Counted from the first letter of the stretch, positions 45,231 to 54,026 are shown. The stretch: 64,000 nucleotides of DNA from Paracoccus sp. (in: a-proteobacteria) (GCF_047605025.1 NZ_JASGGO010000015.1:2970-66969); one strand, 5' to 3'. Numbers and translations: made by a program. Notes: generated by a model from the letters alone, not told the origin.

Positions 45231-45235
45231 GAGGC

Positions 45236-45249
45236 TTGATCTGGGTCAA
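45236..45249. promoter_or_regulatory. FNR/FnrL box TTGATCTGGGTCAA in the 52-bp fnrL-hemN divergent spacer
   Basis: 13/14 match to TTGAT-N4-ATCAA. The box starts 6 nt from the fnrL ATG and its centre is ~41 nt before the hemN ATG. Confidence 0.7.
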
Positions 45250-45282
45250 TGAGTCCGCGCACCATCCCATTAAACTAGCGCC

Positions 45283-46638
45283 ATGGAACAACAATCGCAA
45301 CTTGAACGCCACGGTCTGTTCAAGACCCGTGTCCCGCGTTACACAAGCTACCCCACCGCGCCGCATTTCGGCCCCGCCATCGGTGCCGCGGAATTCGGCG
45401 AATGGCTTGCCGCGATCCCGGCGCAAGGCAGCATCTCGCTTTATTTGCATGTGCCGTTTTGCCGCAGGCTATGCTGGTTCTGCGCCTGCCGGACGCAGGG
45501 CACGCAATCGCTGGACCCGGTGCGCAGCTATGCCCAGACGCTGATCCGCGAAATCGCGCTCCTCAAGACGCGGCTCGCGCCGGGGATCACGCTCTCGCGA
45601 TTGCATTGGGGCGGAGGAACCCCGACGCTGATGCCGCCCGAGATGATCCGCGAGATCGCGGCCGCGCTGCATTCCGCCTTCCCGCTAAAGCCGGATGCCG
45701 AATTCTCGGTCGAGATCGACCCGAGCGAAATCGACGAAGCCCGCATGGACGCGCTGGCCGAGGCCGGCCTGACCCGTGCCTCGATCGGAATCCAGGACTT
45801 CGACCCCGAGATCCAAAGGATCATCGGCCGGGAACAAAGCTTCGCCCAGACCCGCCGCGCGGTGCGGATGATCCGCGACCGGAACATCGCCAGCCTGAAT
45901 GCGGATATCCTCTACGGCCTGCCGAGGCAGGATCCGCTCCGCATCGCCGAGACGGTGCAGAAGCTGCTGGCGCTCTCACCCGACCGGGTGGCGCTTTACG
46001 GCTATGCGCATGTGCCCTGGATGGCCAGGCGGCAGGTGATGATCCCGGATGACAGCCTGCCCCTGGCCCAGGATCGGCTGGCCCTGTTCGAAACCGCCCG
46101 CCGGCTTTTCCTGGCCGATGGCTATGACCAGGTTGGCATCGACCATTTCGCCCGCCCAGGGGACGGCCTCGCCCGCGCCCAGGGCCGGGGCCGGCTACGC
46201 CGGAATTTCCAGGGCTATACCGATGACCGATCCCCGGCGCTGATCGGGCTGGGCGCCTCGGCCATCTCGCGTCTGCCCCAGGGTTATGCGCAGAACGCCC
46301 CGGCAACGAACCAGCATATCGCCCAGATCCGCCAAGGCCGGTTTTCGACCACCCGAGGCCATCGATTCACAGCCGAGGATCTCTGGCGCGGCCGGATGAT
46401 CGAGGCGCTGATGTGCGACTTCCACATCCATGCCCCCGAATTCACCGCCGCCCACGGCCTTTCTCCGGCGCGATTGTCCCAGATCCTCACCCCCGTCGCG
46501 CGGCACTTCGGCAACCTGGTGCGGATCGACGATCAGGGCCTGACCATCCTGCCCGAGGGGCGCCCGCTGACGCGGATCATCGCGCGGATGTTCGACGCCT
46601 ATGAAGCGTCGTCCTCGGCCCATTCCTCGGCCATCTGA
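45283..46638 (+). CDS. hemN: Oxygen-independent coproporphyrinogen III oxidase (radical SAM)
   Basis: PRYTSYPTAPHF, radical-SAM YLHVPFCRRLCWFCAC, GGGTPT. Confidence 0.93.
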   Translation: MEQQSQLERHGLFKTRVPRYTSYPTAPHFGPAIGAAEFGEWLAAIPAQGSISLYLHVPFCRRLCWFCACRTQGTQSLDPVRSYAQTLIREIALLKTRLAPGITLSRLHWGGGTPTLMPPEMIREIAAALHSAFPLKPDAEFSVEIDPSEIDEARMDALAEAGLTRASIGIQDFDPEIQRIIGREQSFAQTRRAVRMIRDRNIASLNADILYGLPRQDPLRIAETVQKLLALSPDRVALYGYAHVPWMARRQVMIPDDSLPLAQDRLALFETARRLFLADGYDQVGIDHFARPGDGLARAQGRGRLRRNFQGYTDDRSPALIGLGASAISRLPQGYAQNAPATNQHIAQIRQGRFSTTRGHRFTAEDLWRGRMIEALMCDFHIHAPEFTAAHGLSPARLSQILTPVARHFGNLVRIDDQGLTILPEGRPLTRIIARMFDAYEASSSAHSSAI

Positions 46639-46663
46639 CGAAGGCCCCGCCTTGCGGCACTGG

Positions 46664-46768
46664 TGCATGGGTATTTGGAAAGCGGAGAAGCACTGCGCCG
46701 CACCCCATGACCAAGACCGGCGCAGGACAAGATCCCCTCTGCATTCTTCGCTTCCGAAATACCCATGC
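46664..46768. repeat. Inverted pair of the intergenic box (E1 46664-46689, E2 46744-46768) around a 54-bp spacer containing an inner 8-bp hairpin
   Basis: GCATGGGTATTTGGAAAGCGGAGAA versus revcomp GCATGGGTATTTCGGAAGCGAAGAA (22/25). Inner CTGCGCCG/CGGCGCAG at 46693-46725. Confidence 0.6.
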
Positions 46769-46795
46769 GGCCATGACGAAGCAAAGGCGCCGGGA

Positions 46796-49609
46796 TCAAT
46801 GCGCCTCGGCCCAGTTCGCACCAACGCCCGCGTCCACGATCAGCGGCACATCCAGACGGATCGCCGGATCGGCGGCACCCTGCATCACATCGCGCGCGAC
46901 CCGGATCAGATCCTCAACCGCCGATTCCTCGACCTCGAAGACCAGTTCGTCATGGACCTGTAACAGCATCTGGGCGGGCAGGTCGCGAATCGCCTCGGGC
47001 ATGCGGATCATCGCGCGGCGAATGATGTCAGCCGCCGCGCCCTGGATCGGAGCATTGATCGCAGCGCGCCGCGCGCCGCCCGCAGCAGGCCCGCTCTGGT
47101 TGATGCCCGGCGTCATGATCCGCCGCCCGAACAGGGTGCGCACCTGCCCCTCCTGCTTGGCACCGGCGATTGTGCGGTCCATATAGGCCCTGATCTCGGG
47201 GAAACGCTGAAAATAAGTATCGATGAATGCCTGCGCCTCGGCGCGAGGAATGCGCAGATTGCGCGCCAGGCCAAAGCCCGAGATACCGTAGATCACCCCG
47301 AAATTGATTGCCTTGGCACGGCGGCGGATCATCGGATCCATGCCCTCGACCGGGACGCCGAACATCTCGCTGGCGGTCATGGCGTGAATGTCGATGCCGT
47401 CGCGGAACGCCTGGCGCAGCGCCGGGATCCGCGCCACATGCGCCAGGATGCGCAGTTCGATCTGGCTGTAGTCAAGGCTCACCAGCCGCATCCCCGGCCC
47501 CGCGACGAAGGCTTCGCGGATGCGCCGCCCCTCGTCGGTCCGGACCGGGATATTCTGCAAGTTCGGATCGGTCGAGGCCAGCCGCCCCGTCTGCGCGCCG
47601 GCGATGGAATAGCTGGTATGGACCCGCCCCGTCTCGGGGTTCACATGCAAGGGAAGCGCGTCGGTATAGGTCGATTTCAGCTTCGATATCCCGCGCCAAT
47701 CCAGCACGCGGGCAGGCAGGTCATGACCCTCGGCGGCCAGGTCCTCAAGCACCTCGGCATTGGTCGAGAAGGCCCCGGTCTTACCCTGCTTGCCGCCCGC
47801 AAGGCCCATCCGCTCGAACAGGATCTCGCCCAGTTGCTTGGGACTGCCGACATTGAAGGGACCGCCCGCCAGTTCGTGGATCTCGGCCTCAAGCGCGGCC
47901 ATCTTCTGGGCAAAGGCATTCGACATGCGCTTCAGATGCTCGGCATCGATGCGGATGCCCTGCATCTCCATCCGCGCCAGGACCGGGACCATGGGGCGCT
48001 CCAGCACCTCATAAGCGGTCGTAACCTGGGCGCGGGCAAGCTCGGGACGGAAGCGATGCCACAGCCGCCAGGTCACCTCGGCATCCTCGGCGGCATATTC
48101 GGCGGCCTTGTCGATGGCGACCTGTTGAAAGCCGATCTGCGCCTTGCCCGAACCGATCAGATCCTTGATCGGCACGCATTTATGCCCCAGATAGCGGTCG
48201 GCCAGTTCGTCCATGCCATGGTTATGCTCGCCCGCATTCATCGCGTAAGACATCAGCATGGTGTCGTCGATCGGCGCGACCGTGATGCCCTGCCGGGCCA
48301 TGATCTTGAAATCATACTTGATGTTCTGGCCGATCTTCAGGACCGCCTCGTCCTCCAGCATCGGCTTCAGCAGGGCCAGCGCACGGGCCGCATCCATCTG
48401 CCCCTCGGCCAGAGCCGGGCCGCCGAAAAGATCGCCCGCCGCCCCCTCGCCGACATGGCCCAAAGGGATATAGCAAGCCCGCCCCGGCCCCGTGCAAAGC
48501 GAGATCCCGACCAGATCCGCCTGCATCTCGTCCAGCCCGGTCGTCTCGGTATCGAAGGCGACGACGCCCTTCCCGGCGATCTCGTCCAGCCACTGGCACA
48601 AGGCGGCCTCGTCGCGGATCACGGCATAGAGGCGGCGGTCGATGGCCGGCAGTTCGGCCGTCGTCGTGGGCGCCGAGACGGTCGCCGCCACCGTCTCGGC
48701 GGCCGCGGGCGCCTCGGCCCCGAATCGCTCGGCCACGCGCTGGGTCAGGGTGCGGAACTCCATCCGGTTCAGGAACTCGATCAGCGCCTGCGGCTCGGGC
48801 GCTCGCACATCCAGGCTCTGCAAACCGAAATCCAGCGGCGTGTTGCAATCCAGCTCGACCAGCCGCTTCGAGACCCGAATCTGCTCGGCATGGTCGATCA
48901 GGGTCTGGCGGCGCTTGGGCTGCCTGATCTCGCCCGCCCGCTCCAGCAGCGTCTCCAGGTCGCCGAACTCGTTGATCAATTGCGCGGCGGTCTTGATCCC
49001 GATCCCCGGCGCGCCCGGAACGTTGTCGACTGAATCGCCGGCCAAAGCCTGCACATCCACCACCCGCTCAGGCCCGACGCCGAACTTCTCGCGCACCTCG
49101 TCTGGTCCGATGGACTTGCCCTTGATCGGGTCCATCATCTCGACGCCATTGCCCACAAGCTGCATCAGGTCCTTGTCCGAGCTGATGATCGTGACACGCC
49201 CGCCCGCATCCCGCGCCTGGCAGGACAAGGCGGCAATGATGTCGTCCGCTTCGAATCCCTCAAGCTCGATGCAGGCGATGTTGAAGGCCCGCGTCGCCTC
49301 GCGGGTCAGCGGGAACTGCGGCCGCAGATCCTCGGGCAACTCGGGGCGGTTGGCCTTGTAAAGCGGATAAATATCGTTTCGGAACGTCTTGGAACTATGG
49401 TCAAAAATTACCGCGGCATGGGTCGGCTGATCAGACCCCGAGCCGTCCTGGATATATTTCCACAGCATGTTGCAAAAGCCCGCCACCGCCCCGATGGGCA
49501 GCCCGTCCGAGCGGCGCGTCAGCGGCGGCAAGGCGTGATATGCACGAAAGATGAAGGCCGAGCCGTCGATCAGATGAAGATGGTGGCCCTTGCCGAATTT
49601 CGCGTCCAT
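46796..49609 (-). CDS. polA: DNA polymerase I
   Basis: 937 aa from the ATG at 49607-49609. 5'-nuclease LHLIDGSAFIFRAYHA, 3'-5' exo FDTETTGL, pol motifs DYSQIELR, RRAKAINFGVIYG and QVHDELVFE. Confidence 0.96.
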   Translation of the reverse strand: MDAKFGKGHHLHLIDGSAFIFRAYHALPPLTRRSDGLPIGAVAGFCNMLWKYIQDGSGSDQPTHAAVIFDHSSKTFRNDIYPLYKANRPELPEDLRPQFPLTREATRAFNIACIELEGFEADDIIAALSCQARDAGGRVTIISSDKDLMQLVGNGVEMMDPIKGKSIGPDEVREKFGVGPERVVDVQALAGDSVDNVPGAPGIGIKTAAQLINEFGDLETLLERAGEIRQPKRRQTLIDHAEQIRVSKRLVELDCNTPLDFGLQSLDVRAPEPQALIEFLNRMEFRTLTQRVAERFGAEAPAAAETVAATVSAPTTTAELPAIDRRLYAVIRDEAALCQWLDEIAGKGVVAFDTETTGLDEMQADLVGISLCTGPGRACYIPLGHVGEGAAGDLFGGPALAEGQMDAARALALLKPMLEDEAVLKIGQNIKYDFKIMARQGITVAPIDDTMLMSYAMNAGEHNHGMDELADRYLGHKCVPIKDLIGSGKAQIGFQQVAIDKAAEYAAEDAEVTWRLWHRFRPELARAQVTTAYEVLERPMVPVLARMEMQGIRIDAEHLKRMSNAFAQKMAALEAEIHELAGGPFNVGSPKQLGEILFERMGLAGGKQGKTGAFSTNAEVLEDLAAEGHDLPARVLDWRGISKLKSTYTDALPLHVNPETGRVHTSYSIAGAQTGRLASTDPNLQNIPVRTDEGRRIREAFVAGPGMRLVSLDYSQIELRILAHVARIPALRQAFRDGIDIHAMTASEMFGVPVEGMDPMIRRRAKAINFGVIYGISGFGLARNLRIPRAEAQAFIDTYFQRFPEIRAYMDRTIAGAKQEGQVRTLFGRRIMTPGINQSGPAAGGARRAAINAPIQGAAADIIRRAMIRMPEAIRDLPAQMLLQVHDELVFEVEESAVEDLIRVARDVMQGAADPAIRLDVPLIVDAGVGANWAEAH

Positions 49610-49702
49610 GGATGCCTCCGTCTGCCGCTGCCGAATACAGCCCCCTTCTGGCACGAAGCGGAACGGGGGCCAAGACCGGGGACAGACCCGGCATCGCCGC
49701 AT

Positions 49703-49735
49703 CTTTCTTGTTCAAATATCCCCGCCGGAGGCAGC
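49703..49735 (-). repeat. Intergenic box copy C, long form (plus strand CTTTCTTGTTCAAATATCCCCGCCGGAGGCAGC)
   Basis: 31/33 identical to 53942-53974. Confidence 0.7.
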
Positions 49736-49790
49736 CAAGCCCACCACCGGCGCAAGACGCGAAACGAAGGGAACGGCGATGAAATCGGCC

Positions 49791-49982
49791 TCAGTGATCG
49801 TCGTGGGCGTGGGCGCGGTCGATGACGAAACGCTTGTCGCAATAGCCGCATTCGACCCAACCCTCGTCGTTATGCGGGATCGCCAGCCAGACACGCGGAT
49901 GGCCCAGGCCCCGGCTCTCGTCGCCATCACAGCAGACTTTCCAGGAAGTGACGGTCTGGATCTCGGGGGCCGGAAGGGTCAT
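49791..49982 (-). CDS. Small zinc-finger protein (zf-CHCC-like, 63 aa)
   Basis: C-terminal part of the 338-aa track ORF. KVCCDG...LGHPRVWL...[10 protein letters not shown] pattern. ATG at 49980-49982. Confidence 0.72.
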   Translation of the reverse strand: MTLPAPEIQTVTSWKVCCDGDESRGLGHPRVWLAIPHNDEGWVECGYCDKRFVIDRAHAHDDH

Positions 49983-50051
49983 GGCGGTTCCTTGAGCTTT
50001 GACGACAAACGGGGTTAAACCCGCACGCATCATAATAACTGGAAGGACGCG

Positions 50052-51005
50052 ATGCCAGCCCCCGAAAGCGCGACGGATCGTGCGAATGCGATCGAAATCA
50101 GCGGCCTGACCAAGATCTACGCGGCCTCGGGCGCGAACCCGGCCAAGGCGGCGCTGAAGGGGCTGGACCTGAACATCCCGACCGGCTCGGTCTTCGGCCT
50201 GCTGGGACCGAACGGCGCGGGAAAATCCACCACGATCAACATCCTGGCCGGCCTCGTGCGCAAGACGGCGGGCAAGGTCCGTATCTGGGGCTTCGATCAG
50301 GACATGAACCCGCGCCAGTCCCGCGCGGCCATCGGGATCATGCCGCAGGAACTGAACATCGACCCCTTCTTCACGCCCCGCGCCAGCCTGGAACTGCAAG
50401 CGGGGCTTTACGGCGTGCCCAAGCGCGAACGCTGGACCGACGAACTCCTGGCCCTGGTCGGCTTGACCGAGCAGGCGGAGAGCTATTCCCGCCACCTTTC
50501 CGGGGGAATGAAGCGGCGGCTTCTTCTGGCCAAGGCGCTGGTCCACCGACCGCGGATCCTGGTCCTGGACGAGCCGACGGCCGGCGTGGACATCCAGTTG
50601 CGGGAAATGCTTTGGGCCAATGTGCGCAAGCTGAACCGGCAGGGGATGACCGTCATCCTGACCACGCATTACCTCGAAGAGGCTCAGGACATGTGCGACC
50701 GGATCGCCATCATCGACCGGGGAGAGCTTTTGCTGAACGAGCCGACCGCGACACTGCTTGGCCGGGCCGATTCGAAGACGCTGGTGATCGATACCGGCAC
50801 CGATCACGCCTTGCCCGCGCTTCCCGCCTCGGTCCGGGCCGAGCGGCGGGCGGATGGGCGGCTGGCGCTCAGCTATGCGCCCTCGAACCTGACGGCGGAC
50901 CGGCTGATCGACCTGCTGCGCGCCGCCGGCCTGCCCATCCGCGACATCGCGGTCGAGGCGCCGGACCTTGAGGATGTCTTCGTCCAGCTCACTTCGGGAC
51001 GATAG
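50052..51005 (+). CDS. ABC transporter ATP-binding protein (ABC-2/DrrA-like), no adjacent permease
   Basis: [18 protein letters not shown] and [11 protein letters not shown], with a C-terminal ~90-aa extension. Confidence 0.9.
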   Translation: MPAPESATDRANAIEISGLTKIYAASGANPAKAALKGLDLNIPTGSVFGLLGPNGAGKSTTINILAGLVRKTAGKVRIWGFDQDMNPRQSRAAIGIMPQELNIDPFFTPRASLELQAGLYGVPKRERWTDELLALVGLTEQAESYSRHLSGGMKRRLLLAKALVHRPRILVLDEPTAGVDIQLREMLWANVRKLNRQGMTVILTTHYLEEAQDMCDRIAIIDRGELLLNEPTATLLGRADSKTLVIDTGTDHALPALPASVRAERRADGRLALSYAPSNLTADRLIDLLRAAGLPIRDIAVEAPDLEDVFVQLTSGR

Positions 51006-51008
51006 GGC

Positions 51009-51380
51009 TCAGTCCTCGACCATGCGGCCCATGCCGCGCCCGGCCAGGATATGCAGATGGTAATGCGGCACCTCCTGCAAGCCATGGGGACCGGCATTGG
51101 CGATGGCGCGGAAGCCCTGGCCGTGGTCCAGGTCCACCCCCAGATCGCGCAGCAGCCGGGCGGTGGCGCGGGTGAAATCCAGGATCTCCGCATCCGAGGC
51201 ATTGGCGGCGAAATCGTCATAGCTGACATAGGCGCCCTTCGGGATCACCAGCACATGCACCGGCGCCTTGGGGGCGATATCGTGAAAGGCCAGCGTGTGC
51301 TCGGTTTCCAGCACGGTCTTGCTGGGGATCTCGCCGCGCAGGATGCGGGCGAAGATGTTCGTCGTGTCATAGGCCGGCAT
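51009..51380 (-). CDS. HIT-family (histidine triad) protein
   Basis: NIFARILRGEIP... and HYHLHILAG HxHxHxx motif. Confidence 0.92.
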   Translation of the reverse strand: MPAYDTTNIFARILRGEIPSKTVLETEHTLAFHDIAPKAPVHVLVIPKGAYVSYDDFAANASDAEILDFTRATARLLRDLGVDLDHGQGFRAIANAGPHGLQEVPHYHLHILAGRGMGRMVED

Positions 51381-51392
51381 CAGCCTCTCCTC

Positions 51393-52970
51393 TCAGTCAT
51401 TGAACAGACGCGGGGTCAACGCGATCTCGCGCGCGGCATCGGGCATGATGTCCAGGAAGTTGGCAAGCTCGACGGCATTGTCCTCGGCCCGGCGCGAGGG
51501 GCCGATGGAATGAAACTTGGCGAAATCGGAATCGCGCAGCCGCTCGCCCTCATGCTCCAGATCGGCCCGCACGGTCGGGATCAGCCGGTCGACCACCTCG
51601 GGCGGGGTATGCGGTCCGGCCAGCCCCACCCGGCGGATATGGCCGCGCAGATAATCATCGTCGAAATCCGATTCGATCAGCAGCACGCGGGTATCGGCCT
51701 TGTCGGCCATCAGGTCGCGGATCAGATGCAGCGCCGAGGGATCCAGGCAGATCACCAGCCACTTGGACTGGAACTGCTCGAAGAGCAGCTTCAGCAGCGC
51801 GCGGCGATGACGCTCGCGCTTGGCCACGGTGGTCTCGACCCCGCCCAGATCGGGCAGACGAGCCTCGACCTCGTTGAACAGGTAATCGACCGCGGGAATA
51901 TCCGTCCGCCTGCGGATGGCCTCGGTCAGGCGCTTGGCCACGTGCCATTTCTTCGACACCACCATCAGCAGCGATTTCTGCCGCCCCAGGCTGCCGTCCA
52001 CCTCCCAGAAACGCGCCCCGAAACGGCGCCCGACCCGACCCTGCCCGGTCAGAAAGCGGAAAAGGCCCGTCGCCTCGTTCGAGATCGGAAAATGCACATC
52101 CGTCGCCGCCCAAAGCGCCCCCAGCCTTTCGCGCAGGCGAATCGCCTCGGGACTGATCTTGCGGGCGAACAGGTAGTTCTGGCCGCGCAGCAAGTCGTAA
52201 TGGTCGTTATAGAAGGTCACCGGCATGCCGTAATCGGTGAAGACCAGATAGGTCAGCGTCCGCGTCCGCAATTCCTTCTTCGGCACGACATGGGGCACGA
52301 TGGTCTGGAAGAAGGTCTCGTCCGGGATCCATGTGGTCGAGAAGAAGCGCAGCACATCGGATCGGCTGCTACAGAATTCCAGCACCCGCTCCAGGCTCCG
52401 GCGGCGCAGGCACCACCATTGCGAACCGATCATCACCTGGATGTCGGCGGGCACGGGGCGGGTGATCTTGAACCGCTTCTGCAACTCATAGCTGGCATAG
52501 AACCGCTTGGGCTGCCTGCGCTCGTTGAACCAGTGCCGATAGATCAGCCGCTCTTCCTTGAAGCCAGTCTTGATCCAGTCCGAGGCGAAGAAATCGAGGC
52601 TCTCGATATAGTCGCAATCCTCGGCATCCAGGAAGGCATGGGCGTATTCGGCCGATTTGATCGGCATGCAATCGCCCGACAGCATGTAGAAATGCGTCGC
52701 CTGGGGAAAGGTCTCGACGGCGATGCGCGCGGTGTCAAGCGTGGCGCCCACCAGCGACCACTCGCCCCAGCCGCATTTCCAGCGCCGCGTCGCGAAGACC
52801 ACGCCGGGATTGTCGGCCAGCGCGCCGCGGATCGCCTCGAAATCCTTGGGGTTGGCGCGCCCGTCGAAGTGGATCGCCACATAATCGCCGGTGGCGGTCA
52901 GCCGGTTCGCCTGGGCGATGACACCCTTGGTGTCCTTGTGACAGAGCAGAATGAAGGCAATCCGCGCCAT
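51393..52970 (-). CDS. GT14 (core-2/I-branching, Branch-family) glycosyltransferase with a ~230-aa C-terminal extension of unknown function
   Basis: IAFILLCHKD...YVAIHFDGRA, GSQWWCLRRRSLERVLEF and DETFFQTIV match Branch-family blocks as I remember them. 12 nt upstream of the HIT gene. Confidence 0.78.
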   Translation of the reverse strand: MARIAFILLCHKDTKGVIAQANRLTATGDYVAIHFDGRANPKDFEAIRGALADNPGVVFATRRWKCGWGEWSLVGATLDTARIAVETFPQATHFYMLSGDCMPIKSAEYAHAFLDAEDCDYIESLDFFASDWIKTGFKEERLIYRHWFNERRQPKRFYASYELQKRFKITRPVPADIQVMIGSQWWCLRRRSLERVLEFCSSRSDVLRFFSTTWIPDETFFQTIVPHVVPKKELRTRTLTYLVFTDYGMPVTFYNDHYDLLRGQNYLFARKISPEAIRLRERLGALWAATDVHFPISNEATGLFRFLTGQGRVGRRFGARFWEVDGSLGRQKSLLMVVSKKWHVAKRLTEAIRRRTDIPAVDYLFNEVEARLPDLGGVETTVAKRERHRRALLKLLFEQFQSKWLVICLDPSALHLIRDLMADKADTRVLLIESDFDDDYLRGHIRRVGLAGPHTPPEVVDRLIPTVRADLEHEGERLRDSDFAKFHSIGPSRRAEDNAVELANFLDIMPDAAREIALTPRLFND

Positions 52971-53143
52971 TTATCCGACCATTCCCGACCTCGCGCCGCG
53001 ACCCTTCCACACCCGGTTGAATCTCACCCGATGATTTGCTTTCTGTCTCTAACGATTTTGACAGGGTCGGCAACCCGACCGGCACCGCGAAGGGACGAAA
53101 CGCGATGGGATTTCCAGGCACCTGGATGACGGAAAGCGAAAGC

Positions 53144-53923
53144 ATGATCTATCGGGTCGTGCCCAAATGCGCGTGCTCGTCCATCGGCCAGATCATGTTC
53201 TACTCGGACCACGGCCGCTACTTCGACGGCGACATCCACGATTCGACCTCGGGGCTGCATAAATGGAACCAAGAGGCCAGCCAGCCCCTGATCGAACAGT
53301 CCGTGCGCGAGCATAAGGCCCTGACCTTCACCTGCGTGCGCAATCCCTATGGGCGCATCCTGTCCTCGTTCTTCGACAAGATCGCGGGCGTCCAGCGCAA
53401 CGGCAAGCGGTATAGGGGCAATCTGGTGCCGCAACTGACGCAGCGTTACGGCATCGACGTGGGCAGCCCCGAGAACGATTTCCAGTTCGACCAGATCGCC
53501 AGTTTCCGCCGCTTCCTGCTCTTCGCGCGCGACACGATTCGCTGGCGCCGCCCGATGGAACCCGACATCCACTGGTCCGCGATGTCCGGCCATATCGCCA
53601 CCTTCATCGTGAACGGGGGCCGCTACGATCAGATCTTCTTCACCGAGAAATTCAACGAAGGCATGCAGAAGGTGCTGAACGCCTCCCCCACGCCCGTCAA
53701 GCTCGACGTGAACGAGGTGCCCAGGTTCAACGAATCCGAAGGTCACGGACCCAAGCGCGCGCATAAGATCGGCGAATATTTCGACGACCTGTCCCGGCAT
53801 CTGGTCTGGGAAATCTACAAGAAGGATTTCCAGCTCTTCAAATACGACTTCGACAACCCCGACAACAAATACCCCAGATCCGAGATCGACCTGGCCGAGG
53901 TCCATGCCAAGCTGGGCCGCTGA
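53144..53923 (+). CDS. Sulfotransferase family 2-like protein
   Basis: MIYRVVPKCACSSIGQ (5'-PSB-like PKxxxS/T) and TCVRNPYGRILSSF (RNPxxRxxS 3'-PB-like). Alternative in-frame ATGs at 53105 and 53126. Confidence 0.7.
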   Translation: MIYRVVPKCACSSIGQIMFYSDHGRYFDGDIHDSTSGLHKWNQEASQPLIEQSVREHKALTFTCVRNPYGRILSSFFDKIAGVQRNGKRYRGNLVPQLTQRYGIDVGSPENDFQFDQIASFRRFLLFARDTIRWRRPMEPDIHWSAMSGHIATFIVNGGRYDQIFFTEKFNEGMQKVLNASPTPVKLDVNEVPRFNESEGHGPKRAHKIGEYFDDLSRHLVWEIYKKDFQLFKYDFDNPDNKYPRSEIDLAEVHAKLGR

Positions 53924-53941
53924 AAGCGCCGCTCCGCCCTT

Positions 53942-53974
53942 CTTTCTTGCCCAAATATCCCCGCCGGAGGCAGC
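53942..53974 (-). repeat. Intergenic box copy D, long form (plus strand CTTTCTTGCCCAAATATCCCCGCCGGAGGCAGC)
   Basis: 31/33 identical to 49703-49735. Confidence 0.7.
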
Positions 53975-53995
53975 GGCGCGCCCGCGCCGCTTTTC
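53972..53995. terminator. Hairpin overlapping the end of box D
   Basis: AGCGGCGCG-cc-CGCGCCGCT followed by TTT on the plus strand, 49 nt after the sulfotransferase stop. Confidence 0.55.
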
Positions 53996-54026
53996 TTCCT
54001 CGCAGCCCCAGTTTTCCCTTGCGGAA

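Noticed and set aside
53860-53880. CAACAAATACCCCAG inside the sulfotransferase CDS and CAATATCCGGGCC at 59416-59428 inside the small basic ORF, as additional copies of the intergenic box.
   Set aside because: Only 8-10 nt of similarity, inside well-supported reading frames and without an adjacent hairpin. Treated as chance matches.
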